DNA of 64,000 nucleotides from Patescibacteria group bacterium (lineage in GTDB: Bacteria; Patescibacteriota; Microgenomatia; UBA8517), in assembly GCA_026416845.1 (NCBI GenBank), contig JAOAEL010000006.1, positions 390-64,389 on the forward strand, written 5' to 3'. The notes beneath the pieces were generated by a model, which was not told the origin of the DNA, did not search any database, and saw only the letters and a list, made by a program, of their open reading frames with translations. This document shows, piece by piece, positions 20,451 to 30,170 of this stretch (positions within the stretch are counted from its first letter, which is position 1; every line of letters starts with the position of its first letter). Made by a program: the position numbers and the translations under genes.

Positions 20451-20720
20451 TCATGCCTTTTTAATAACCACTCTCCTCTCAACCAAATCATCCATGGCTT
20501 TTTCAAGATAAGAACAATCCTCAGGGAAAAAACTGATCCATTCTTCTAAATCTTCTTTTGTGGCAAATCCGCGAAGATCTAGTGCGCGCAGGATATAGTA
20601 AAGCGGAGGTAACACCTCAAAAATCTTGTCATTTTTCCAGTCAAAAGCTATTGTTTTGTAACCTTTATCTTTATCAGAATCCAAAAAAATTATTGAATCG
20701 CGGTTTAATTTATAAATCAT
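20451..20720 (-). CDS. PqqD-like RiPP recognition element (RRE) protein
   Basis: 89 aa; N-terminal beta-strand region (KLNRDSIIFLDSD…YKTIAFDWKNDKIFEV) followed by helices ILRALDLRGFATKEDLEEWIS and EKAMDDLVERRVVIK, matching the PqqD fold pattern. Confidence 0.5.
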   Translation of the reverse strand: MIYKLNRDSIIFLDSDKDKGYKTIAFDWKNDKIFEVLPPLYYILRALDLRGFATKEDLEEWISFFPEDCSYLEKAMDDLVERRVVIKKA

Positions 20721-21138
20721 ACTTTCGATTTTTTAAACTTCGAGCAAGTAAAAAAGACACCCCCAAAAAGCACGGGCAGACAAAAAAATAGCAAGGCAAG
20801 CACAAATCAGCAATAAAAAAGCAACTGATGGACTGTTCCCTTATTTACTCTCTTCCCCATTTATGCACTCCAGGCTTTCTTTCTCCGCACTTTTTTACGT
20901 ATACAATTACATTTGAGCACAATTCCTTAAAACCTACCTTCTCAAGACTTAATTCTTCTTGAGAAATTGGCCTTCGCTCGTTAAGGATTGATCTCAAAGT
21001 CTCTAATCTACTAAAAGCTATCCTTAATCACCCCCCTTTATTCGGCATGTCTAACAAGAGTTTATTGTAATACATACTTAAATTGAAAGAGTAAAATTAG
21101 CTTTTCAGGTAAACCAATAATAAAATTCTTTGAATTAA

Positions 21139-22674
21139 CTAGCCTAAATACAAGTTCGTATACTTTTCCTGCAAATAATCTAGAAGGTAGTTAGGATTAA
21201 GATCTTCACCAGTAATTCTCTTGCACAACTCACTTGGCCAATACAAGCTACCGTGCTGGTGAATATTTGAGCGCAACCACGAAAGTATTGCTCCAAATTC
21301 CCCTTTTGAGACTTTTTCAGCAAAATTAATTTCTTTTCTCATCGCATTTGCAAACTGAGCCGCGTAAAGGTTGCCTAGAGTATAAGTTGGAAAGTAACCA
21401 ATACTTCCATAGCTCCAGTGAACATCCTGCAAAACCCCCTCTCGATCAGTTTCTGGAACAACTCCCAGATAATCTCGCATTTTCTCGCGCCAAATTCCTG
21501 GCAAATCCTCTGGTTTGATCTTTTTGTTAATTAACGCTTCTTCTATCTCAAACCTGAGAGCAATATGCAAATTATATGTAACTTCATCTGCTTCCACACG
21601 AATTAGACTTGGCTTTACAATATTAAACAACAAGTGCAATTCTTCTTTGTCCGCTTTGCCAACTTGGTCATTAAACAAAGTATGAAGTATCGGCTCAATA
21701 AAAGAGATAAATTCATAGCTTCTCCCAATTTGGTTTTCCCAAAATCTTGACTGACTTTCATGAATGCCAAGCGACACCCCGCCATCAATGGGAGTGTATT
21801 CATAGTCTCGTAATACTCCTTGTTCATACAAAGCATGTCCCACCTCGTGAATAGCGCTTGCCAAAGAATCGCGAAAGTCATTTACTTTGTATCTTGTTGT
21901 AATCCTGACATCGTCTCTGCCTAGCGTTTCTGTGAAAGGATGTGCTGAAACATCAAGTCTGCCCGCGGTAAAATCGTAACCTAATTTGCGCGCCACAAAA
22001 AGCGCGATTTGTCTTTGGTGCTCTACTGGATAATTTGCATTTTCCGAAAAATACTTTTGAGACAAGGCAACAATTTCATTGTACTTTTTTGAACCTTGAA
22101 CACTTTTAAGCAAATCTTTAAGTTTTGATCGCAACTCATCAAATATTGCTTTTACCTGAGAAAAAGTCAAACCCGGCTCGTAAAGGTCCAAAAGCGCATC
22201 GTATGGATTGCCTTTGTAGCCCAAATGATCAGCAATTAACTGGCAAATATTGACAACTTTTTTAAGATGCGGCAAAAAATCGGCAAAAGAATCTTCTCGC
22301 TTTGCTTTTTGCCAAGCCATAAAGGCTTGAGAAGTAGTTTTGCTAAACTCAACAACCAAACTTTGCGGAACTTTGAAATAATATTTCCCCTGCCAGTTAA
22401 GATTCCTTATTATTGCTTTCTCGGTTTCAGTTAAATCAGATTCGTTTTCAACTTCCTCCAGCAAATTCCTGAGTTTTTTTGATAACCATTTTTCTGATAT
22501 CAACTGAGTAACATAAGCGCTTTGCGCCGCACGACCATCCGCCGCCGCTTCTGGCAAACTGACATTCATGTCATATCCCAAAACAGCCGAAATCTTGCCA
22601 AGCAAATAAATCTCTTTGTACAATGACAAAAGCTCCTGAATCTTTTTATTTTTAGAAACCATAAATTTTAACAA
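21139..22674 (-). CDS. carboxypeptidase Taq (M32 family metallocarboxypeptidase)
   Basis: HEVGHALYEQG (M32 HExxH), 511 aa, DxRxTxR and GxxQDxHW-like (LQDVHWS) motifs. Confidence 0.9.
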   Translation of the reverse strand: MLKFMVSKNKKIQELLSLYKEIYLLGKISAVLGYDMNVSLPEAAADGRAAQSAYVTQLISEKWLSKKLRNLLEEVENESDLTETEKAIIRNLNWQGKYYFKVPQSLVVEFSKTTSQAFMAWQKAKREDSFADFLPHLKKVVNICQLIADHLGYKGNPYDALLDLYEPGLTFSQVKAIFDELRSKLKDLLKSVQGSKKYNEIVALSQKYFSENANYPVEHQRQIALFVARKLGYDFTAGRLDVSAHPFTETLGRDDVRITTRYKVNDFRDSLASAIHEVGHALYEQGVLRDYEYTPIDGGVSLGIHESQSRFWENQIGRSYEFISFIEPILHTLFNDQVGKADKEELHLLFNIVKPSLIRVEADEVTYNLHIALRFEIEEALINKKIKPEDLPGIWREKMRDYLGVVPETDREGVLQDVHWSYGSIGYFPTYTLGNLYAAQFANAMRKEINFAEKVSKGEFGAILSWLRSNIHQHGSLYWPSELCKRITGEDLNPNYLLDYLQEKYTNLYLG

Positions 22675-22732
22675 ATTTTAAACATTAAATTCCGAAATAA
22701 TCAACATTTTTCAAACACAACCATATAATAGC

Positions 22733-23227
22733 ATGAAAATTTATATTTTCAGACACGGACAGACAATAGAATCAAAATATAATTTGGCATATTCCAGAGA
22801 ACGTAAATTAACAGCCGAAATCCTGCCTGAAACCATTCCAGTAATAGAAAAACTGGGTAAGTTTCTCTCCCAAGTGAAAACCGATGCCAATTTTACATCC
22901 CCTGTAAAAAGATGTTTGCAAACTGTTGAAATTATAAAAAAGGTAAGCGGCAAAGAATTTGAAGTAGATGAAAATATAAAAGAATGGATGGATCCAGAAG
23001 AAAGCTTTGAAAGTCTCGTTCAAAGAGTAAGTCGCTTCTATGAAAAAATCTCAAGTTCAAATTATAATTCAGTGGCATTATGCTCGCATGGCGCCATTTT
23101 GGCAGGAATAAAATCTTTTTTTGAAAATCAAAATTTTCCAATACAAAATCTTCATGACTACCCAAGCCCGGGAGTATTAATTGTTTTGGATAGTAAAACT
23201 AAAAATATAGAACAAATTAATTTTTAA
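22733..23227 (+). CDS. histidine phosphatase family protein (phosphoglycerate mutase-like)
   Basis: IYIFRHGQT (RHG catalytic motif), C-terminal CSHGA. Confidence 0.8.
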   Translation: MKIYIFRHGQTIESKYNLAYSRERKLTAEILPETIPVIEKLGKFLSQVKTDANFTSPVKRCLQTVEIIKKVSGKEFEVDENIKEWMDPEESFESLVQRVSRFYEKISSSNYNSVALCSHGAILAGIKSFFENQNFPIQNLHDYPSPGVLIVLDSKTKNIEQINF

Positions 23228-23280
23228 ACAAAAAACCATATTTTTAAATTTCTATCTATCTGTATCTTCAATTTCAAAAA

Positions 23281-23742
23281 TCACTTTCTTGCAAATTGAG
23301 ATTGCCGAGATGCTTGCCGTAACACATCTCGTCTAGTTTGAGGATAAAGCCAATAAGGAACATCAACTCCTCCGGCATCTTCTATAAGCAAACCATCAAT
23401 TATCTCTTTTGCAACTTTAGCCTTGCCTTTGGGAAGCATTTTTATTTCTAGAGTATGAGCAGGATTTTTGCCAATAATTGTAATAGAATCAAAAAATGGA
23501 GAATGTGTTAACACAATTCTGCCTACATCTTTTACAGGAATCGTCTCTACATAAGAAAACAAAAATTCCCTCCTAATAACAGATATCGTCTTTTCTTGGA
23601 TAACCAACTCATCAGGGAAAAAATCAAACGGCCAAAAAGCTTTGACCCTAAATAGTTCTCTGTTAAAATTTTTAGTAGTGGGCAATGTATTAGATTCGTA
23701 AATACCTGATTGTATTTTTGAAGGGTAAGGTTTTGTTCTCAT
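23281..23742 (-). CDS. hypothetical protein
   Basis: 153-aa ORF, coherent translation, no family recognised. Confidence 0.45.
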   Translation of the reverse strand: MRTKPYPSKIQSGIYESNTLPTTKNFNRELFRVKAFWPFDFFPDELVIQEKTISVIRREFLFSYVETIPVKDVGRIVLTHSPFFDSITIIGKNPAHTLEIKMLPKGKAKVAKEIIDGLLIEDAGGVDVPYWLYPQTRRDVLRQASRQSQFARK

Positions 23743-23746
23743 TAAG

Positions 23747-24349
23747 TTACAAAAAAAGAGCTAATAAAAAAACCAACACCAAATTCGCCCCTACATACAA
23801 AACTTGTTGCGCTTTTGATAAATCAAACGGCATAGCACAAAACCAGTCATTTATGTTTCTTTTCTCATATAATTCCAAAAGTTGCTGGATAACCAAACTA
23901 AACAAAAAAAAGACAACAATACCTTTACCAACAATTGATCCACCAGAAGAAACTACCCAAAAAGCAACCATAACAAGTATTAACTGAAAATGAGCAGTAT
24001 GCAGAATAAATTTGTTTCTTTCGTTGTGTGTCAAAAAAAGCAATTTAATTCCTGAAAGGAAATTGCCTTTTGAAAAATAAGCCTTCACCCTTTGAGATGT
24101 TAACTCATTCGGACAAATACCATAAACATATATCAAATGATCCAAATAAGGAAGTAAATAACCGACTATGGCTCCATAAATAAAAGGCAAAACAAAACTA
24201 TATAAAGTAGATAAATCAAAAGAAAAAAACCATCGTTTAAATAGACTAACTAAAAACAAGAGTACAAAGAATAGAATCGTGCGAGTAATTGCTTTTTCCT
24301 TCATAATAACTACTATCTTGCACCCAATCTTTAACAAACGCAATATCAA
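23747..24349 (-). CDS. hypothetical multi-pass membrane protein
   Basis: 200 aa with several hydrophobic helices; 4-nt overlap with downstream ORF. Confidence 0.5.
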   Translation of the reverse strand: MILRLLKIGCKIVVIMKEKAITRTILFFVLLFLVSLFKRWFFSFDLSTLYSFVLPFIYGAIVGYLLPYLDHLIYVYGICPNELTSQRVKAYFSKGNFLSGIKLLFLTHNERNKFILHTAHFQLILVMVAFWVVSSGGSIVGKGIVVFFLFSLVIQQLLELYEKRNINDWFCAMPFDLSKAQQVLYVGANLVLVFLLALFL

Positions 24350-24657
24350 CCTTTCTTATTCGCTTGTTCTTTTAGTTGCTTTAACTTCCACAAATACAAT
24401 CTGCCTTTTGATTTAACATTGACAGCATCTCTTACAAAAGCTCGCGCTGATTCCAAAAGTCCTCTGGGATTTTCTTTGGCAAGTTTGATATAAAGAGAAA
24501 CCTTTTTCGGCTCACCAAGCTCCATTGCCAAATCATAACCATATTGTTGAAACTCGCGAGAAACATATTTATCTAAAGCTATATTTTTTGGCTTAATATC
24601 CCTTAGTTTAGTGAACGTCATAAAATTTAAGATTCCAAAACCGGCAAATTTAAACAC
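24346..24657 (-). CDS. hypothetical protein (103 aa; start may be internal Met at 24621)
   Basis: ORF between pth and the membrane protein gene on the same strand. Confidence 0.4.
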   Translation of the reverse strand: MFKFAGFGILNFMTFTKLRDIKPKNIALDKYVSREFQQYGYDLAMELGEPKKVSLYIKLAKENPRGLLESARAFVRDAVNVKSKGRLYLWKLKQLKEQANKKG

Positions 24658-25175
24658 ACAGCCAAATCTTTGACAACTTTGTCTATCGTACGGTCAAGAA
24701 CTTCTAGTTCCGCGCTGGAAAATTTTTCCAAAACATATTGTTCACCGGGCATTCTATCTCCCAACTTACGATTGTCAATTCCAACCCTAATCCTGTTAAA
24801 ATCTTTAGTTCCTAACTCATGCTCAATGGACAAAATTCCTCCATGCACCTTTGGACCAATACCAAATTGTATTTTGTATTCTCCCAATCTAATATCCAAA
24901 TCATCATGTACAACATATAAATCACCTGCCGAAATTCTGTAATAATTTACTAATGCCGCAACCGCTTCACCTACATTGTTCATAAAAGTGTTTGGCCATG
25001 CAAGTATTGTGTTGTTAATAATTTTAACTGCACTTTTAAGTCTGGCACTATTTTTTCTCTTCGAAGAACTTGAATCTAGAAAATTTACCAATTTATCAAG
25101 AACCATAAACCCAACATTATGCCTGGTCTCACGATACTTATTCCCAGGATTACCAAGCCCCACTACCAAATTCAT
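24627..25175 (-). CDS. pth: peptidyl-tRNA hydrolase
   Basis: MNLVVGLGNPGNKYRETRHNVGF canonical Pth N-terminus; 182 aa. Confidence 0.9.
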   Translation of the reverse strand: MNLVVGLGNPGNKYRETRHNVGFMVLDKLVNFLDSSSSKRKNSARLKSAVKIINNTILAWPNTFMNNVGEAVAALVNYYRISAGDLYVVHDDLDIRLGEYKIQFGIGPKVHGGILSIEHELGTKDFNRIRVGIDNRKLGDRMPGEQYVLEKFSSAELEVLDRTIDKVVKDLAVCLNLPVLES

Positions 25176-25214
25176 AACTTACATTTTAACAAAACAAACA
25201 CTTTTAAATGAAGT

Positions 25215-25535
25215 TTACTTTGAAGCTATTTTTTTTGCTAATCTTCCCAGAACAGGAAATACAAACTCATCACCCTGCCAAGCTTTGTATATTAAAATAA
25301 GCCAAACCAAAAATGTAAAAACAGACAAAAGAGGTATGATTGAAGCAAATATATAAGCAAAACCAAAAACAAGATTTAGAATAAGCAAGAATCCAACAAC
25401 AAATATTGACTGCACACAATGAAATCGGATAAAACGATCTTTCTCCAACAACAAAAGCACTATAGCACTAACAGGTCCCAAGACATAAGAAAAAGCGGCA
25501 ACATTCTCTTTACCTAAGATTTTACTTAGTCTCAT
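25215..25535 (-). CDS. DUF4870-like small membrane protein
   Basis: RFHCVQSIF motif (cf. RFHAxQS) and three hydrophobic helices. Confidence 0.55.
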   Translation of the reverse strand: MRLSKILGKENVAAFSYVLGPVSAIVLLLLEKDRFIRFHCVQSIFVVGFLLILNLVFGFAYIFASIIPLLSVFTFLVWLILIYKAWQGDEFVFPVLGRLAKKIASK

Positions 25536-25859
25536 TCTGAGCTTTAGTATTTAGCATGTCTTGTCAAAAATCAAGAAAGAAAAAATTTTTGAATGAATGA
25601 AAAAAGATCCAATGATAATATTTACTACCTAATTTTTAAATTGGGTACTAAATGCTTGCCACAACCACACCACAAAGAAAGATATCCACTATTCTCTTTG
25701 ATAGAAAGACTCCTAATAAACCTTTTTCTTTGAAGCTTTCTCCTATAAAAGCCCAGCCATTTCATGTTTTTTACCTCTAATTTTTTAAGTACAATAAAAC
25801 AAAAATATAAAAATTGCTTCTGGCAAATTTTTCTATGTATCAAAGCAACTCAGACACTT

Positions 25860-25900
25860 AGAGGAAGACCTGCCTCTCCCGTATAACAGGTCTTCCTCTA
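25860..25900. repeat. perfect 13-bp inverted repeat (agaggaagacctg / caggtcttcctct) with 15-nt loop, in a divergent intergenic region
   Basis: Read directly; the arms are exact reverse complements. Confidence 0.7.
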
Positions 25901-26095
25901 AATACCCAAATTGGGAGTTATGACAATCAAGCTAATGCTACAACTAAATAAAATCTATAACTTGACAACAATCTGACTAGATCCTAGTGAAAATCAAAAT
26001 TTTTTCTTAAGTCTAAGAAATTGTGCCAAGCGCAATATCTGCGTATAATATCTAAATATTGAGCAAAAACCTCTCAAATCGAAAATAAAAATATT

Positions 26096-27769
26096 ATGAA
26101 AATCCAAACTAGCAAAGCTAAATCAAAAAAAACAGATCGAATAAAACAAGAAATATCTAAACTATGTCAGAAAATAATCGCTGAACGCAAAAAAAATAAA
26201 TCAGCAATAAATCAGTTAAATAATATAGTTAATACATCTTTGATAGGAATTGAAGTTCCAAAATCAGATGAAAGAAAAAATAAGGCACTAAATTTCAGTG
26301 TGCTATCAGAAATGCTTGCGCTAATTCAAAAATTGTGTAATCAAAATTATTTACAAAAGTTTGAAAATTTCATCAATAAAGATATAGACAAAAAATCAAA
26401 AGAAGAAGTTATCCTTGCCCTTATCAATTTCTTGCTCTTTTTAGACAAAAACTCATACAAACAAATTGCCAGCGTAAGATCATCAAATGTGTCGCTTTTA
26501 CCAATACAATTAATACTTAACTTAAGAAAAAAGCTGCCAAAGGATAAAAGGTTTGGTTTGGGATATGACTTACTGCCAATTAGATTTTCTAACTACGAAA
26601 AGTTGAACAGTATAATCAAAGTGCAACAATTTGATAATCTCTATCCTCAAAACGCAGTGAATGTGGCAAAAGCATTTCTTAAACACAAGAATAACACAAT
26701 TCCAAGATACAATTTTGTGTTTGGTTTTTTAAGGTACTTAACTATCTATGACGCGAGAAACGTAGAAAAAGGTATAAAAAAACTTATCAAAGAGCTAAAA
26801 CTTGGAAAAAATCAATTAACTTATCTAAAAAAAATTATCAATCATTGCAAGGCATATAGGATAATCACAGCAGAGAGTTCAGAAAAGTTATATATTTGCA
26901 ATAAAGCATTTGAGGCTGTTTGTAAAAATCCTTTTATCGATGCCGCAGATATTGGTAAAACAATAGACGATAAGATTAGAAATGTTAACATAATGCTTTT
27001 CACTGGAGCTTTTGCCGGGTTTACAGTGGCTCACTACGACACAATAAATCTGATACAAAACTTTAACAAAAGAAACAAAAAACCATCAACACAATCACTA
27101 GTAGTAATAGCTCCAATCACTAAACCATGGGAAATACCAGCAAAAACACTTGGCAAGTCACCCGCTCTCATAGGTCACATAACTCCAAGGATCCAAACAA
27201 TCATGCTTGGCATTGCTTTTACTAAAAGAGGTGAAGTATCTATCACAACCAATTCTGTCCCTGACCCAAAAAAGACAATCAGCCCACAAGAAAGAATTAT
27301 AAAAATACAAGAAAATTTGAAAAAATCAATTCAAGAAAAAAAGCCTGACATAAAAATGAAAATAACACGATGCATTGGGATTGATAATATTGATACAATA
27401 CTTGACGGAACAAAAAAAGGTAAATATCCTTACGAAATTTTATTAATAGGAAGACGAGGTAAACTCATAGAAACATTGCAAAATGTATCTCAACTACAAA
27501 AAATAAAAAATGTCACAACAATAATCACTCCAGGAATAGAAAAAACTAGTTCTTCAAAAGCTATTGATAGCTATATCAATCAAAACAACGATGAATATTG
27601 GCCCTTGGCGACAATACCTGTTGCAAAACAATACTGGTCTTATCAGGCAATCACATCAAGACAATCAAAGCATTTGCTAGAAAACGATTATGTTCCAACA
27701 ATAGAGCAAATTTATAAAAATTTATTGAAAAAATATCCTAAACTTTTGCAACAGAACTGCCAAAATTAA
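26096..27769 (+). CDS. large hypothetical protein (557 aa), helical N-terminal half, alpha/beta C-terminal half
   Basis: Long ORF with coherent composition; no family recognised with confidence. Confidence 0.6.
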   Translation: MKIQTSKAKSKKTDRIKQEISKLCQKIIAERKKNKSAINQLNNIVNTSLIGIEVPKSDERKNKALNFSVLSEMLALIQKLCNQNYLQKFENFINKDIDKKSKEEVILALINFLLFLDKNSYKQIASVRSSNVSLLPIQLILNLRKKLPKDKRFGLGYDLLPIRFSNYEKLNSIIKVQQFDNLYPQNAVNVAKAFLKHKNNTIPRYNFVFGFLRYLTIYDARNVEKGIKKLIKELKLGKNQLTYLKKIINHCKAYRIITAESSEKLYICNKAFEAVCKNPFIDAADIGKTIDDKIRNVNIMLFTGAFAGFTVAHYDTINLIQNFNKRNKKPSTQSLVVIAPITKPWEIPAKTLGKSPALIGHITPRIQTIMLGIAFTKRGEVSITTNSVPDPKKTISPQERIIKIQENLKKSIQEKKPDIKMKITRCIGIDNIDTILDGTKKGKYPYEILLIGRRGKLIETLQNVSQLQKIKNVTTIITPGIEKTSSSKAIDSYINQNNDEYWPLATIPVAKQYWSYQAITSRQSKHLLENDYVPTIEQIYKNLLKKYPKLLQQNCQN

Positions 27770-29114
27770 ATTTGTATCCCCTTCCCCTTAGAGTAACAAT
27801 TTCCGTGGCAACACCAATTCTTTTTAATTTCTTACGAAGCTTGCTGATTACTTGATCTATCGCCCAGTCTGAATACTTTTCGTAACTTAAGTCTCCCCAC
27901 AATTCCAAACCAACAGCTTCTCTTGTTAATAATTTCCCCGGATTTTTCAAAAACAAAGCAAGTATTGCATATTCCTGCCTTGTAAAACTCTCTTCCACAG
28001 TAGCGCCATTTAGCAAAATCGCCCCGCTTACCGGATCCAAAGATAAACTTGGTGTAAATTTTGCTCTATCCTCGCTTCCTATGGCTTTTAAAACTACATT
28101 TGTAAACAATTCAGAAAATAGCTCATAACCATTACCTTTTATTTCACGAACTAAACCAAGTTGAATCAGGTACTTCATATAAACATTGTCTTTTTGTGTT
28201 ATCTGATTTCCAACAACAATCGACTTAAGCAATTGCTTCTCTTGCAAGCTTTGTCTATCAAAAATTCCAGTGGCAATTGATCTTAACTCATAATGATCCA
28301 AAAGAAGGCTTCTTATTACCTTTTCTTCTTTATTAAAACTATCTCTTATAATTCTTACTCCAACGCGCAAGGAATAAGGATGCCCGCCACAAACTTGTTT
28401 TAATACATTCTTTAAGTCATCAGTAATAACACATTTAAATTCATCAGCAAAACTATCTATCAAATAATCCAAATCGGCTCCAATGCGCAATGGAATATAA
28501 ATTACATTTTGAAGAATCAACTCAGAAAGTTCATCCCAAACATAAATGCTTTCCTGATTTTCAGAAACAGTAATCATCAAAAAGACATATTGCAAATTTG
28601 GATAAGCTTTCAACCAAAGATTTTTCAAATTATTAAAAAAGACTTTGTTAGCAAACTTCAATTCATCAAACTCACCAAAGAAAAAAACTATTCTAAAATT
28701 TTTAGATGCAAGTTCTAGAATAAAACTCCTTAAAGCTTCCAACAAAACCTGATAAGAAACATTTTTACTATCCAATAAATCAAACAACTGAAAGTTAATC
28801 TCTATTTTTTTGTGATTTTTTTTAACAATCTCAAATAAACTCTTTGCCATTAACTGCAAATAACCAATCAAGGATTCTTCAGTCAACTCCAAAGGTTCAA
28901 CATAAACCAAAAAATACCTCTGATAATCAGGTAGTTCTTTTTCAAATAAACTAATGTTTTCTATAATAAACTTATTCCATATTCTTCTACCTGCCATAGG
29001 CACCCATACAGTAGTTACACATTCATTACGTTTAATACACTGAAACAAAGAATCCGCGTATGAATGAATTGTTTCGGGTATGGCAGGATAGAAATATGGA
29101 TTTGAACTATCCAT
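27738..29114 (-). CDS. transcriptional regulator with C-terminal OmpR/PhoB-type winged-helix DNA-binding domain and large uncharacterised N-terminal domain
   Basis: C-terminus FTRQEYAILALFLKNPGKLLTREAV…WG…SDWAIDQVISKLRKKL…IVTLRGRGYKF matches the trans_reg_C pattern; no receiver domain or Walker A seen upstream. Confidence 0.65.
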   Translation of the reverse strand: MDSSNPYFYPAIPETIHSYADSLFQCIKRNECVTTVWVPMAGRRIWNKFIIENISLFEKELPDYQRYFLVYVEPLELTEESLIGYLQLMAKSLFEIVKKNHKKIEINFQLFDLLDSKNVSYQVLLEALRSFILELASKNFRIVFFFGEFDELKFANKVFFNNLKNLWLKAYPNLQYVFLMITVSENQESIYVWDELSELILQNVIYIPLRIGADLDYLIDSFADEFKCVITDDLKNVLKQVCGGHPYSLRVGVRIIRDSFNKEEKVIRSLLLDHYELRSIATGIFDRQSLQEKQLLKSIVVGNQITQKDNVYMKYLIQLGLVREIKGNGYELFSELFTNVVLKAIGSEDRAKFTPSLSLDPVSGAILLNGATVEESFTRQEYAILALFLKNPGKLLTREAVGLELWGDLSYEKYSDWAIDQVISKLRKKLKRIGVATEIVTLRGRGYKFNFGSSVAKV

Positions 29115-29210
29115 TAATTAAACATTTAAAAAGCACTTAAATTCTAAACTTAAAGCCTTAAAACGTCAATGAAAACTGCAAAAATATTTATTTTTTTGTA
29201 ATATTAATTA

Positions 29211-30170
29211 GTGGATATATTATCTAAAGCAATTATTCTTCTTGCCGCGCTTTTTATTTTGGGAAAAAGCGCAGACATTGTTATCAAGAATTTAATCAGA
29301 ATTTCTTCAGCTCTGTCATGGAACAAATTTGTTGTCGCTTTCGTAATACTCGGGATTGCAACTTCCACCCCAGAACTTTTTGTCGGCATAAATTCAGCTT
29401 TGGATGGCAATACACAACTTTCTTTGGGAAACATAATGGGTGCAACAATTGTTCTAATAGGATTGATAATTGGCAGCACAGCGTTTTTTGTTGGCAAGGT
29501 TTCTCTAAGCAATTTGCTTACACCAAAAGAAATTTTTCTTATGGTAGGAACCATAATTTTGCCAATTTTCATGCTTTTGGATCTGGAACTTTCCAGAATT
29601 GATGCAGTTGTCTGTATTTTTGCATACACAATATACATGTACTACATGTATCTAACACACACAAAATACCAAAGAAAACACATAAAATCCACTATAGAAA
29701 ATACAAACCAATTAACTTTTCAAAAAAGTATATTGATGTTTCTTTTAGGTTTCATAGGGGTATCTGTATCTTCTAGGCTTGCCGTCAGCAATGCTCTTTC
29801 AATTGCGCAAGCGCTAAACATCCCTACATTGATAATAGGAGTTTTAATTTTTGCAATAGGCACAAACCTGCCTGAGCTTGTTTTAGCTCTTAAGGCAATA
29901 AAAACAAAAAACAAAAATATTGTTTTAGGAAACGTTTTAGGAAGCGCTACCACCAATACCTTAGTAATCTCGCTTGCCAGCATAATTAATCCAACACAAG
30001 TTAACGATTCCGAAGTGTTTGTATCTTCCGCAATATTTTTGCTTGCAATAGTTGCAGCATTTTCATATTTTATCAAAACTAAAAACGAAATTTCCAAAGA
30101 AGAAGGAGCAATATTGCTTGGTTTGTATGTTGTTTTTGTGCTAGTTGAAATTGCAACGAAAATGCTCTAA
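29211..30170 (+). CDS. Ca2+/Na+ antiporter (CaCA family, YrbG-like)
   Basis: Two alpha-repeats with GIATSTPELFV and GTNLPELV signatures, ~10 TM helices, GTG start. Confidence 0.85.
   Translation: MDILSKAIILLAALFILGKSADIVIKNLIRISSALSWNKFVVAFVILGIATSTPELFVGINSALDGNTQLSLGNIMGATIVLIGLIIGSTAFFVGKVSLSNLLTPKEIFLMVGTIILPIFMLLDLELSRIDAVVCIFAYTIYMYYMYLTHTKYQRKHIKSTIENTNQLTFQKSILMFLLGFIGVSVSSRLAVSNALSIAQALNIPTLIIGVLIFAIGTNLPELVLALKAIKTKNKNIVLGNVLGSATTNTLVISLASIINPTQVNDSEVFVSSAIFLLAIVAAFSYFIKTKNEISKEEGAILLGLYVVFVLVEIATKML

Noticed and set aside
25625-25843. 72-aa minus-strand ORF
   Set aside because: No RBS or motif support; sits in an intergenic region with the hairpin; probably spurious.
29204-30097. 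Minus-strand ORFs (144 and 125 aa) and a 94-aa plus ORF overlapping the CaCA antiporter
   Set aside because: Overlap a gene with clear alpha-repeat signatures; no motifs of their own.
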